Positions 37,934 through 47,210 are shown, counted from the stretch's first letter. The stretch: DNA of 61,798 nt from a virus (IMGVR_UViG_3300033233_000007); one strand, 5' to 3'. The notes: a model not told the origin generated them from the sequence alone. Numbers and translations: made by a program.

Positions 37934-37998
37934 TCCGGCATAGACGCTGGAAAATTCCATCGCAAGAACTACAATAAGAGCCGCTCAAAAGGGGAACC

Positions 37999-38193
37999 AT
38001 GGAGACAATTTTCATGCACGACACCGCCAAGCTCAGTGCCCGCGTCATCGAGCTTCACCGGAGCTATAAGTTCGAAGACAAGATCGCGGCGATCCTCATG
38101 GACCGCAGCATGGGCACCGCGGGCCTGGCCGAAGCCGACGCGCGTGAGAAGGCTTTGCATATCATGGCCATGTACGCGTCGGAGCGGCGATGA
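37999..38193 (+). CDS. Hypothetical protein
   Basis: RBS plus coupling. Confidence 0.55.
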   Translation: METIFMHDTAKLSARVIELHRSYKFEDKIAAILMDRSMGTAGLAEADAREKALHIMAMYASERR

Positions 38194-38840
38194 ACCATTT
38201 GACGCTCGCGGATATTGGCGCCGCACCCGCGCGGCCCCAATATCCGAGCAAAAAGCTTGAGGAGATGACGGAAGCCGAGCTTTCGATCTTCCGCAAGCGC
38301 TGCACGATCGCCGTCGAACTCGCCGCAGCGAAGACGCGAAAGAAGGTCGCCGACGCAAAGGCCGAGCGATTTGAAAACGAGGCCCGTCAGGTCCTTTCGG
38401 AATTCAACAGGCGCCTGGACGAACTCTACAAGGGCCGGTGGACGAGCGGGCAGCAGAAGGCCCTGTACGACTGGTGCGCGGCCGAGTTTGAGAAGCACCG
38501 TGTGGTCGTCCGCAAAGCTCGCGCGGAGTCTGAAAAGGCTGGAGACATCATGAACAAGCAGGCCTTGGCCTGGGTCAAGGCAGACCCTCGTGCGCCGGTC
38601 TACGCCGCCCTCGTGCGGAGTCTGTACCCGACGGGAGAAGACGTTCTGGCCGTCTTGGCCCTGTGTCCCCGTTTGTTTCTCATGAAGAAACCCGCGGCCG
38701 CCGCATTTCCCCTGCCGCCCGTCGCTATTCCAGAGCCGCCGACCGTTGTGACGCCGTTTGAGCCGTCGCCGCTTGTCCCTGCGTCGATCCAGATCGTCCG
38801 GTGGCCGGCGCCTTCGACTTTTTCGATGACCAGGCCATGA
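38190..38840 (+). CDS. Coiled-coil hypothetical protein
   Basis: ORF. Confidence 0.65.
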   Translation: MNHLTLADIGAAPARPQYPSKKLEEMTEAELSIFRKRCTIAVELAAAKTRKKVADAKAERFENEARQVLSEFNRRLDELYKGRWTSGQQKALYDWCAAEFEKHRVVVRKARAESEKAGDIMNKQALAWVKADPRAPVYAALVRSLYPTGEDVLAVLALCPRLFLMKKPAAAAFPLPPVAIPEPPTVVTPFEPSPLVPASIQIVRWPAPSTFSMTRP

Positions 38841-39109
38841 CCGTCTGGATTCTCCACTATTCGCACAAGCGCGGCGACGACATCACCGTGTACGGCAATC
38901 AAGATTCGGCGCTCTTGGCCGCCGTAGAGATCATCGACAGATGGAGCGACGAAGAGATCGCTGACGACAGCATCGAGGCCGAGATCAAGGCGCTCGTGCG
39001 CCGGCGACGCTATGCGGAGGCCATCGGGCTCTACAACGAAAGCACGGGCGAGAACATCGCGGTATCCAAGTACGAGGTTCACGGGCCTCCTGAGGGGCTT
39101 TTCGAATGA
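38837..39109 (+). CDS. Hypothetical protein ending PPEGLFE
   Basis: Tag variant. Confidence 0.7.
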   Translation: MTVWILHYSHKRGDDITVYGNQDSALLAAVEIIDRWSDEEIADDSIEAEIKALVRRRRYAEAIGLYNESTGENIAVSKYEVHGPPEGLFE

Positions 39110-39357
39110 GCGACCTCATCATAGCGGAAAGTGCCGGCCGGCGTGAGATCACGGACCTTCTCCGCGACGCGCCGGACTTCCCGATCTCTGACTTGTGGGC
39201 CGCTGTCGGCCAAGGTGACATGAAGAGCGCCGCCAACATCCTCGGCGATCATTTCGATGATGACGACGGCAACCCCGTTACCGTCAGGGACGTGCGCATG
39301 GTCTCCGTTCCCGACGACATGACGGGCGAACACGTGCGCATCTGGGTGAGAGAATAG
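39106..39357 (+). CDS. Acidic hypothetical protein
   Basis: Coupled ORF. Confidence 0.65.
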   Translation: MSDLIIAESAGRREITDLLRDAPDFPISDLWAAVGQGDMKSAANILGDHFDDDDGNPVTVRDVRMVSVPDDMTGEHVRIWVRE

Positions 39358-39369
39358 GGCGTACGATCC

Positions 39370-39397
39370 TTGACGCGCCTCCACGCCGGACTATAAT
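39370..39397 (+). promoter_or_regulatory. Sigma70-like promoter TTGACG-N16-TATAAT (leaderless mRNA)
   Basis: ATG 7 nt downstream of -10. Confidence 0.65.
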
Positions 39398-39404
39398 AAT
39401 CCTG

Positions 39405-39773
39405 ATGGCCCGGCCGCCTGAAATCTACGTCGGCGCTCTAAGAGACTACGTCAACGAATCCCGCGCCATCGCCGCCAATCACAAGTCGGGATTCCGCGAG
39501 ACGAAAAACGACCCCGTCTGCTCGGTCATCGGCATGTGCAAGAAGTGCAAGGTCAACGGCACGCTCGTTTTCCCGCCGAACATGTCGGCGCAAGCGATCT
39601 CGAAGATCGGCAACGCGATTTTGGCCGGCAAGGTTCCGCCGGCCATCACGTTTTGCTACAACTGCAAGGCGCTCACCGAGTTCGTGCCCATCGGCATGCG
39701 AAAGAGCGGTGTCGACCTGATCGAGCGGACGCAGAAGGACCTCCTCGAGCACGGGTTCTCAGGAAGCGCTTGA
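39405..39773 (+). CDS. Zn-binding hypothetical protein
   Basis: CKKC and CYNC. Confidence 0.65.
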   Translation: MARPPEIYVGALRDYVNESRAIAANHKSGFRETKNDPVCSVIGMCKKCKVNGTLVFPPNMSAQAISKIGNAILAGKVPPAITFCYNCKALTEFVPIGMRKSGVDLIERTQKDLLEHGFSGSA

Positions 39774-39795
39774 CCTTACCGACTTGTAAAGTAGA

Positions 39796-40017
39796 ATGAA
39801 CTGGAGCTTCGACGACCACGGGCGTCTCCGCGCGTCGATGCGGAGTGTTCCGGGCGTACTTATCGACATTGTGTTTAGAACTGGACAAGACGTCGGCTTC
39901 GGGAAAACCGAGGGGACGTCGATCCGTGAAGGCCGCGTCAACGGCGGCGTGCTGGGCGTCTTGTACTGGCCCGGTGATCCGGCCGTCGTCCACAGCGTTT
40001 GGTGGGTGAATCCTTGA
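39796..40017 (+). CDS. Hypothetical protein
   Basis: ORF; start uncertain. Confidence 0.45.
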   Translation: MNWSFDDHGRLRASMRSVPGVLIDIVFRTGQDVGFGKTEGTSIREGRVNGGVLGVLYWPGDPAVVHSVWWVNP

Positions 40018-40262
40018 CGCAGGTCTACCGTATCGACGTCGATCGTGAAGCCGAGTCGGCGTACATCTACTTCGAATCTCCTCAGCCTGGCGTTTCCGTT
40101 CATCAGATCAACGTCGGCAACTCCGTCATATTCGACATCGGAAGCGACGGTCGCCTTGTCGGTCTCGAAATTCTGGACCCCGAACTGGCGGCCAGATTTT
40201 CTAGTCGAACGGCCATGGATCAGTTTGAGGCTTCGAACATTCCCGTGAAGCTGACCGCATGA
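40014..40262 (+). CDS. DUF2283-like protein
   Basis: DREAESAYIYF..VIFDIGSDGRLVGLEIL. Confidence 0.8.
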   Translation: MTQVYRIDVDREAESAYIYFESPQPGVSVHQINVGNSVIFDIGSDGRLVGLEILDPELAARFSSRTAMDQFEASNIPVKLTA

Positions 40263-40540
40263 CGTTTGAATCTTTCCCCCGCGAAGTCTCGTCAACCGCC
40301 GAAGACGTCCCAAAACCCGTCTTCAAACACGCGACCAAAGAAGGATTCTTCACCGGCGCCGAGAAGCTCAAGAACATCGACAAGCTTAAGGCCACGCTCC
40401 GCGAGGCGCGGGAGACCAACGACCGGCTCAGGAAAATCGCGGAGGGCTTCGAAGGTCTTTTGACCGAGTACCGTACGGTCATCGACCGCGTTCAGAAGGT
40501 CGCTGATGACATGGAGGGGCACAATGGAACAGGCGCGTGA
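40259..40540 (+). CDS. Coiled-coil hypothetical protein
   Basis: Coupled ORF. Confidence 0.65.
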   Translation: MTFESFPREVSSTAEDVPKPVFKHATKEGFFTGAEKLKNIDKLKATLREARETNDRLRKIAEGFEGLLTEYRTVIDRVQKVADDMEGHNGTGA

Positions 40541-40994
40541 TCCCGAAAGCGGCATGCCCTTGATCGGCGTGCCGTCACCGACACAGGTGCCGACGCACTT
40601 TCGCGCCGGCGATGAACTGGCCAGCGACCCTCTGGCCGGGTCCATGGCGCCGAGCGTGCCGATGTCGACGGTCGAGCAGAACGGCCAGCCCGAGCCCATG
40701 CCGCTGTCGGCCGTGCAGCTAAACTTCGTCGCCATCGTCAACGACGAGGCCTGGATGCTCGACTCGTGTTACCGCGCCGCCGACGCAATCATCAACCCGC
40801 CGGCCGCGGGCATTCGAGGCATGGCTGTGCCCCAGGGCTTCAGCCCCTACGGTCCCGATCAGGGACCGAAGGTCGAGCCCGTCGTGGCCATGTTCAGCGT
40901 GGAACTCTATAAGCAGACGCGGGAACGGCTCAAGGTCAAGTACGAAGGGCATATCCCGCCCATGGCCGAGCCCGCATCGATCGAGAAGAAGTAG
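40524..40994 (+). CDS. Hypothetical protein
   Basis: GGAGG RBS. Confidence 0.65.
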   Translation: MEQARDPESGMPLIGVPSPTQVPTHFRAGDELASDPLAGSMAPSVPMSTVEQNGQPEPMPLSAVQLNFVAIVNDEAWMLDSCYRAADAIINPPAAGIRGMAVPQGFSPYGPDQGPKVEPVVAMFSVELYKQTRERLKVKYEGHIPPMAEPASIEKK

Positions 40995-41060
40995 AAGCCA
41001 TGAGGCGGAAGAAGCCCGATGAACAATAGCGAGCCGGGACATCAGAGCAACCCGTAACCG

Positions 41061-41270
41061 ATGAGCGTCCAAAAGCGCGACTGGAAAAACTTGCCCACGC
41101 CGTCGTTGGCGCGCGTCGGCGCCATCCGCCGGCACGGCCACCAGTGGAGCCGCTGGTTCGCCGACGACGGCGCGTGGTCGCGGTACTGTACGACGCCGTC
41201 ATGCTTCAAGGGCGAAACGCGCCAAACGGTCTCGAAAGCGGTGCTGTGCAGGATGAAAAATCCGTTGTAA
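41061..41270 (+). CDS. Small basic hypothetical protein
   Basis: ORF; stop abuts array B. Confidence 0.5.
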   Translation: MSVQKRDWKNLPTPSLARVGAIRRHGHQWSRWFADDGAWSRYCTTPSCFKGETRQTVSKAVLCRMKNPL

Positions 41271-41385
41271 AAAGCCGACGAAGCGGAGAAAACCGTTACC
41301 AACGAGCGAGCCGCGGTCCGCCAGAAAACCACACGTACAGAGCGAGCCGACCCGCCGCAGAAAACCGAACGTCCCCAGCGCATCT
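41269..41385 (+). ncRNA. TIGR-like guide array B (3 units, + strand)
   Basis: AGCGAGCCG / AGAAAACCG 9-nt repeats alternating with 9-nt spacers, 36-nt period. Confidence 0.85.
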
Positions 41386-41422
41386 ATTTGCACGCGGCCG
41401 AGGCATGAGCTAAAATGCCGCC

Positions 41423-41827
41423 ATGGCCGCCCTCGACGGCGTTCAGGATTACCTGAAGGTCTTCTGCGACGTCCGCCGCGTCGTCGCCGCAAAGTTCCCC
41501 GAGCTTGAGAAGGTCCGCATGGCCATCTGCCCCGAGATCGCGCGACGCCGAAAAGCCCATCGCGACCCCCTCGAGCGAAAGCGCAGCTTCGGACATACGG
41601 GCCACGTCGACGCCACGGTCTGCGTGCACCCCAAGATTTTCAAGCTCGACCTCCCGTTCATGATCGGCCTGACGTTCCACGAGTTCGGGCACCTCATTGC
41701 CGTGCCACGGGGCCTGACGGGCCAGTCCGATGCCGACGGCGTGATCGGCCAGTATTTCGACGTCCCCATCTTCTACGACGGCCGTCTCGACCTCGAGTGG
41801 ACGCCCGCGGAGTACCTTTATGGATGA
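41423..41827 (+). CDS. HExxH zincin-like protein
   Basis: TFHEFGHL. Confidence 0.6.
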   Translation: MAALDGVQDYLKVFCDVRRVVAAKFPELEKVRMAICPEIARRRKAHRDPLERKRSFGHTGHVDATVCVHPKIFKLDLPFMIGLTFHEFGHLIAVPRGLTGQSDADGVIGQYFDVPIFYDGRLDLEWTPAEYLYG

Positions 41828-42137
41828 TGTCCTCAAGAACTCCGCCAACGTCATCCTGCGTAGCTTGGCGCACAAGGCCGTAGACGTCCTCGGTGACTGG
41901 TTCAAGGACCGCAAGCTCGGTCGCGTGGGCGCCGAGCCCATCGAAATCCCACGGAGCTACCTGCCGGCGCTGCAGAAGAAGGCCGAGAACATGGTTGAAG
42001 GTGACGAACCAGCCAAGTACATCGTCGTCGTGGAGGTCGCGACACGCAAAGTCGTTGGCTTCTGGCGCGTGCCCGCGGGCTCCGACATCGTGCCTAAGAA
42101 GGGGTACATCTACATCCCGATTTTGTTTCAGGAATGA
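41820..42137 (+). CDS. Hypothetical protein
   Basis: Last + strand ORF. Confidence 0.6.
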   Translation: MDDVLKNSANVILRSLAHKAVDVLGDWFKDRKLGRVGAEPIEIPRSYLPALQKKAENMVEGDEPAKYIVVVEVATRKVVGFWRVPAGSDIVPKKGYIYIPILFQE

Positions 42138-42153
42138 CGGGGCTGTTCGTAGT

Positions 42154-42536
42154 CGGTTTTCTCCGCTTCTTCGGCTCACTTGACGCAGACGGCTTCCTAT
42201 GTAAGATCGGCTCGCTTCAGTGCTACGGGCTTCTAATGTCCGGCGGCTCGCTATCTGTAGCCGGTTTTCTTCGTGCAGACGGCTCGCTACGTGCTACGGG
42301 CTTCTCCGTTTTGCGGCTCGCTAGATCACTCCGGTTTTCTCATCTCCCACGGCTCGCTTTGGTTCCACGGTTTTCTAGCCAGCACCGGCTCGCCATGCTC
42401 ATACGGGTTTCTTCTCGACAGCGACTCGCTACGTGCTACGGGTTTCTGCGATTTGCGGCTCGCTAGATTCTTACGGGTTTCTCTCTTCCTACGGCTCGCT
42501 TCGTACGGACGGTTTCCTAAGTTCAATCGGCTACGC
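42154..42536 (-). ncRNA. TIGR-like guide array A (22 repeats, about 11 units)
   Basis: cggttttct/cggctcgct alternate with 9-nt (four 8-nt) spacers; lengths sum to 383 nt. Confidence 0.92.
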
Positions 42537-42872
42537 CGCACCCTCCTCTCCCCTCACGACGAACTGTGCGTTGACCTGCGACGGATGGACCCCATGCGCC
42601 TGCGCGTAGATGTTGAGAAGCGCGTGTTGGACGATTTCGTTGTACTCCGCGGCCGGCAGGTCGGGCTTGACGACGTCGTGGAGGTACGTACCCAGAACTC
42701 CGACCAGAGACCCCATGACGGCGAGGGACGAGTCGGGCGATTCGACGCCGAAGATGGCCCTGATGTGCGCGCGGCGCCCGAACTCCATTTCGCTGATCGC
42801 GCGGCGAAAGCTTTCAAGGTCCTTGGCCACGAGAATCATCTGGCCCTGCGTGGGTCTTGGGCGGTCGGTCAT
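42531..42872 (-). CDS. Hypothetical protein
   Basis: AAGGAG RBS; stop overlaps first repeat of array A. Confidence 0.65.
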   Translation of the reverse strand: MTDRPRPTQGQMILVAKDLESFRRAISEMEFGRRAHIRAIFGVESPDSSLAVMGSLVGVLGTYLHDVVKPDLPAAEYNEIVQHALLNIYAQAHGVHPSQVNAQFVVRGEEGAA

Positions 42873-42898
42873 GACGAGACGCTCCTTAAACTTGTGAC

Positions 42899-43701
42899 CT
42901 AAAGATAGTCCCGCAGGCCAATGTAGTCCGAAAAGTCTTCTCGCCACTGTCCGAGGCTGTCCATTTTAGCCTTCAGCGACCTGGCGGCATTTTGCGCGAC
43001 GGCAAAAGAGTCCTTCGACGCCGACGTCGCCGCCCGCTTGGCCTTCCCACCGATATGAGACGCCTTGTTCAGTACGGACAGGTTTCGTTCGTGCGCTTCG
43101 CGGAGGCGTGTAAAGAGGAAAACAAGTTCCGACACTTCAGGTTCTCGGGGATTTTTGCCGTACCACGTTCTGAACGCATCGGCGACGGTTCTTCGAAGGT
43201 CTCGAGCGGCCGAGACGTACACCCTGGCGGCGATATCGACGACTTTCGGATAACCCGATTTCAAAGCAGACAGAAAGATGTCTCGCGCGACGTCCATCCT
43301 GTCGATCCACAGGACGATGTCCTGCGCCGTAGACGAATACTTTTTCAAATATCCATTCCCAAAATGTCGGACGCATCGGCCATGGAACTCGGCAGCGATG
43401 CCTGGCTCAAGAGCCTGCGCATGCGCAGGACGAGATTCGCTATGTTCAGCTTGTGCATAATCTGGAGCGTGAAGATCGCTTCGTCGCCCGTAACTTTCGT
43501 GAGGTCCACAGGCGCGTCGGGTGGAAGCTTCCTGTACATGCGGATGGCCGCGGACACGTCCTTTTCGACCATGCTCTCGATAATCAGCGCGGCTTCGGGT
43601 TCCGAAACCTGCACGAAGTCCAGGGTCACGCCCTGTTCCGGCAGACCCTGACGAACGCTCACTCTTCGGCCTACGGCGACTTTGATGCCTACGGGGATCA
43701 T
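42899..43701 (-). pseudogene. Helical hypothetical protein apparently split by a 1-nt frameshift near 43420
   Basis: Adding one G in CTGCGCATG joins MIPVGIK.. to ..ALEPGIAAEFHG; could be two genes or an assembly error. Confidence 0.45.
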
Positions 43702-43716
43702 GACGACTCCACAAAA

Positions 43717-44379
43717 TCAGGCCACATCGATAACGTACAGGTTGCCGGTCCACTCGGCATCGTCGATGAAGATGACGTCGAACTGCGGGAAATCCACGAT
43801 GTACCGAAACTCCGGATTTTCAAATCCGTAGGCCATGCCGACGGCCATCGTATGCAACCGTTCGCGCAGGTCGGCGACGATCAGGCTCTTGAGGTTGTCG
43901 TCGTCGGGATCGTAAGCGAAGACGACGTCGATCGGCGGGTTCACGGCGATGATGAAGTCCGTCGCGTACGGGATGAAAGAGTACGGCATCGCCGTGTTCA
44001 GAACGACTTCAATGCCGGTGGAGACGTCGTAATGAGCGCGCCCCCCGAACTGCGCTTGAAGGCTCTTCGATCTGAACATAACGCCGAAGCCGCGGCGCTC
44101 GCGCTCGACTTTGAAAGCGATTTTGTCGAGTCCGCTCTCCACCTTCTGGCGAATCTCCGAAAGGGTCGTTTTTCGCAGGGTGGCGAGTCTCGGCGTCTTC
44201 CCAAGTGTGAATCCGTCGTAAGTCAGTCTGCGGAAGAACTCGGTCGTCGTGCTTATAATGAACGACCAATTCCGCCGGCGGCCCTGCACGGCGGCGGTGA
44301 ACCAGTCGCCGGCGACGAGGACGTCCGAGGGGTCCTTCTGATCTGCGGCGGAAATGTGTTGCCACCTTACTTGCGACAT
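43717..44379 (-). CDS. Hypothetical protein
   Basis: ORF trimmed to MSQVRW. Confidence 0.65.
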   Translation of the reverse strand: MSQVRWQHISAADQKDPSDVLVAGDWFTAAVQGRRRNWSFIISTTTEFFRRLTYDGFTLGKTPRLATLRKTTLSEIRQKVESGLDKIAFKVERERRGFGVMFRSKSLQAQFGGRAHYDVSTGIEVVLNTAMPYSFIPYATDFIIAVNPPIDVVFAYDPDDDNLKSLIVADLRERLHTMAVGMAYGFENPEFRYIVDFPQFDVIFIDDAEWTGNLYVIDVA

Positions 44380-44612
44380 TTCTGCTGCTCCGAAACGAAC
44401 TTCTTGATGATCTCGGCCTTGAGGTCGATGCGCTCCTTTGCTTTCTTGCGCAGGACTTCGATGACACCGAGGAACTGCTCCCCGTTTTTGGCCAGAGTCT
44501 CGAGGTCCTTCATATCGTCGGTGATGCTCAGGCCAAGTTCGCGGGCGACGCGGATGTAGTCGGCGAACGCCTCGGGGAGCCCCTTGCGCCTGCATTGCGT
44601 GTTCGTTCCCAT
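44367..44612 (-). CDS. Hypothetical protein
   Basis: ORF. Confidence 0.6.
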   Translation of the reverse strand: MGTNTQCRRKGLPEAFADYIRVARELGLSITDDMKDLETLAKNGEQFLGVIEVLRKKAKERIDLKAEIIKKFVSEQQKCRK

Positions 44613-44625
44613 GCTATATCATTTC

Positions 44626-45093
44626 CTAAACGGTGATGTTCGCGATTTTCCGAAACTCCTCTTCAAGATCGTCTGTCCAGAACTCCGGCCAGTTACGTTT
44701 GATCGCGTCCCGCGTAGTGCGCGCATGAAGGCCAAGAGTACGAATTAACTTTCTCGCCGACGCTAAAAGGACTCTGTGGTCGTCGACGTCAAAGCCGGGA
44801 CGATCCCGCAAGAGCAAATCTATCGCAATGCCTTCTATGGCCACGGCCAGCCGGAGTTCGTCGATCATCTCAGCCGGCGTCCACGGTATTGGAGGAAGTC
44901 GTGACGGGTTCGACCTCAAGCCGATTCTGTCAAGAAGATCGGACGTATCCTCGATCACTTCAACAAGAGCCGACACGGCTTCGTGCAGAGAGTCGGGCTG
45001 ATCGAACCTGTCGGCCATGAGAATCGTGCCTCGAAGAGAACGCGCACTTCGGTAATATCCGTCGAGTGCAGCGAGAGCAACTTCTGGATTCAT
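44626..45093 (-). CDS. Hypothetical protein
   Basis: GGAGG RBS, MNPEVAL start. Confidence 0.65.
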   Translation of the reverse strand: MNPEVALAALDGYYRSARSLRGTILMADRFDQPDSLHEAVSALVEVIEDTSDLLDRIGLRSNPSRLPPIPWTPAEMIDELRLAVAIEGIAIDLLLRDRPGFDVDDHRVLLASARKLIRTLGLHARTTRDAIKRNWPEFWTDDLEEEFRKIANITV

Positions 45094-45320
45094 GCTCTCC
45101 TCCGGCTCCACGGCTCGCGGATGCGCCAGCGAATGCGCAATTCCAGAGGTTCGTCCATGATAAGTCCACGCATTCCAGTTGGGAAAATCCCGATCTCGAC
45201 CCACGTGCGCGGGTAGCCCGTTTCCCTGGCCACGTGCCCGCGGAAGTCCTCGATCGCGCGATCGGGATGGATCGGTTCGGCGAGGATTTTCGCGTTCATC
45301 CAGTTTGTGACGGCGGCCAT
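45090..45320 (-). CDS. Hypothetical protein
   Basis: Coupled ORF. Confidence 0.6.
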   Translation of the reverse strand: MAAVTNWMNAKILAEPIHPDRAIEDFRGHVARETGYPRTWVEIGIFPTGMRGLIMDEPLELRIRWRIREPWSRRRA

Positions 45321-45838
45321 CAGCCGATCCTCCGTATAAGATATTTGGCCGGCACTGTCGGTCCACCGCTAACGCGACGCAAAAGGTTGATCTTCCACAG
45401 GTAGGCGTCTCGAGCCGCCTCGAGAAGCTCTTCGTCACCGGCCAGCAACGGGGGTCTTTGCACGCCGTCGCCTTCTGCGATTCCTCGGAGCCGCATCAGA
45501 AGCGTCGGATAGTCCTCGTCGGGATCGCCACTGTAGCCGTATTGCGGGTGTGTTCCGGCCTCGACAAATTGCGCCATCTCTTTGGCGAACTCGTCTTCGA
45601 TCGTCGGCGTCCACAACCCGTAGGTCTCCTCCTCGCCCTCCTCCTCGCCCTCCTCGAGTTCAGCGTAAGCGGCCTCGATCCGATCGACCAGTTCTTCGGC
45701 TGCTTCTTCCAAGTCAAGAAGCCTTCCGTTGTGGACGTCGCATTCGTACATACGGTCGATTTCGGCCGCGAAGCGGTTGTAGCGCCGGATCATGAAGTCG
45801 ATGCGATCTTGCGCTGTTCGATTCGCCTGGAACGTCAT
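45320..45838 (-). CDS. Acidic hypothetical protein
   Basis: Coupled ORF. Confidence 0.65.
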   Translation of the reverse strand: MTFQANRTAQDRIDFMIRRYNRFAAEIDRMYECDVHNGRLLDLEEAAEELVDRIEAAYAELEEGEEEGEEETYGLWTPTIEDEFAKEMAQFVEAGTHPQYGYSGDPDEDYPTLLMRLRGIAEGDGVQRPPLLAGDEELLEAARDAYLWKINLLRRVSGGPTVPAKYLIRRIG

Positions 45839-46032
45839 GACTTTTTGCGCATCCCTTCGTTCAAGCGCCTGAGCGCCTCATCCATCGCGGCAAGCGGTCC
45901 TGCGGATAACATGGCCTTCGCCTCCTCTTCCGTCAGGTCCCGCGACACTTTCTTAATGTGGCGCTCGGGCTTGCCGTCGGAGCCGATCGTGATACGCTCT
46001 TCGTAACTCTCGTGTCGTCCGAAGATTTTCAC
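45835..46032 (-). CDS. Hypothetical protein
   Basis: Coupled ORF. Confidence 0.6.
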   Translation of the reverse strand: MKIFGRHESYEERITIGSDGKPERHIKKVSRDLTEEEAKAMLSAGPLAAMDEALRRLNEGMRKKS

Positions 46033-46400
46033 TACTTCACCTCCGTCAACCCTAGCTTACGCGTTTTGGCGATCTCGATCAAGCGATCAGCGATGAGATC
46101 AGACCAACCGCCGATGTCGTCGCTCACGAGCATCGCCGCCGTCGCGTCAAAAAGTTCGCCGGCCTTCACCTCATCCGTCAGCGGCCCGCCAAAGCGCAGG
46201 TAGTGCGTGGGGAAGTGCGCCACACCGAGCCGGATCATGAACGCCGACGGCAGGTCCCCTGTCCGCGTACCGTAAAGGTCCAGAACGACCTGCTGGCCGC
46301 TGGAGGATATGAAGACCTGCTGACGCACCAGCGAGCCGAATAGATTCGACATCGACGGTGTGTCGGCATAAATCGCCGTCAAGAAGGCCATGCCTGCCAT
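46032..46400 (-). CDS. Hypothetical protein
   Basis: Coupled ORF. Confidence 0.6.
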   Translation of the reverse strand: MAGMAFLTAIYADTPSMSNLFGSLVRQQVFISSSGQQVVLDLYGTRTGDLPSAFMIRLGVAHFPTHYLRFGGPLTDEVKAGELFDATAAMLVSDDIGGWSDLIADRLIEIAKTRKLGLTEVK

Positions 46401-46789
46401 CCTTCCGGCCTTTCGTCATACTTTTGCGGAAGCGGAGCAGGTCCCGCGGACGGTTCTGCCGACCGCGGCGGCCGACGTCGGGGCCGGTGCGTCACAACTG
46501 CATCGGGGATCGGCGCGTCGGGAGACGGCGGCGGCTCTTCCTTTGGCTTTGGCCGCGGGGGCACGGGCCTCATCCACGGGGCCTCCTGCTCGATCCGCTG
46601 GACGACGCACGGTGCCGAGACGTAGACGATGTCGCTTTCCCTGACGGTCCACGGGTTGTATTCGTCCTGGGGCTTGCGCCAGACCCGCGTGAGCTTCCAT
46701 CCTTTACCCACCTCGAAATCGGCGACGTCCGAGTACCAGATGTTGGCCGCGCCGCTGGAGTAGACGATGGTCGTGATGTAGTAACTCAA
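46379..46789 (-). CDS. Hypothetical protein, Pro-rich tail
   Basis: TTG start overlapping upstream stop. Confidence 0.55.
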   Translation of the reverse strand: MSYYITTIVYSSGAANIWYSDVADFEVGKGWKLTRVWRKPQDEYNPWTVRESDIVYVSAPCVVQRIEQEAPWMRPVPPRPKPKEEPPPSPDAPIPDAVVTHRPRRRPPRSAEPSAGPAPLPQKYDERPEGWQAWPS

Positions 46790-46995
46790 GGCGTCGGCGC
46801 TCCCTGGGTCTTGTAGTCCGGGCCTTCTTCCGCGCGGGCGCCGCGGTACCACCACCCTTTGAAGAGTTCCCAGCACGCCTGACAAACGTAGTGCACGTCG
46901 TCGCTGAACTTGACGTACTGGTGCGTGGGAATGTACTCCTCGCACCGGCATCGACCGCACTTCACGGAGGGCTCCTCATAGATCACGGCTCGCAA
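46786..46995 (-). CDS. Small Zn-finger protein
   Basis: CGRC..CQAC; TTG start lies within last repeat of array C. Confidence 0.6.
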   Translation of the reverse strand: MRAVIYEEPSVKCGRCRCEEYIPTHQYVKFSDDVHYVCQACWELFKGWWYRGARAEEGPDYKTQGAPTP

Positions 46996-47210
46996 AGTAC
47001 GCCAGTTTTTCTTGATCCACTTGACTCGCTGACGGACATCGGTTTCCTCAGTACGGATGGCTCGCTGTCAATGGACGGTTTTCCCACCTGCAACGGCTCG
47101 CTCTCGCTTGTCGGTTTTCTTGCATCGGACGGCTCGCTGTTTCGCAACGGTTTTCTTATGACGGGCGGCTCGCTGATCCATGACGGTTTGCTCCCGCTTC
47201 CCGGCTACTT
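46986..47210 (-). ncRNA. TIGR-like guide array C (6 units) directly downstream of the Tas-like gene
   Basis: Same repeats; first repeat overlaps the Tas-like stop codon. Confidence 0.92.

Noticed and set aside
42154-42536. CRISPR array interpretation of the periodic repeats
   Set aside because: Repeats and spacers are only 9 nt, two repeat types alternate, and there are no cas genes.
42134-42902. ORFs reading through the arrays (42134-42466, 42273-42902, 46891-47331, 48988-49242 and similar)
   Set aside because: Translations are repeat-derived GFL..DGSL / RFS..RLA patterns, not proteins.
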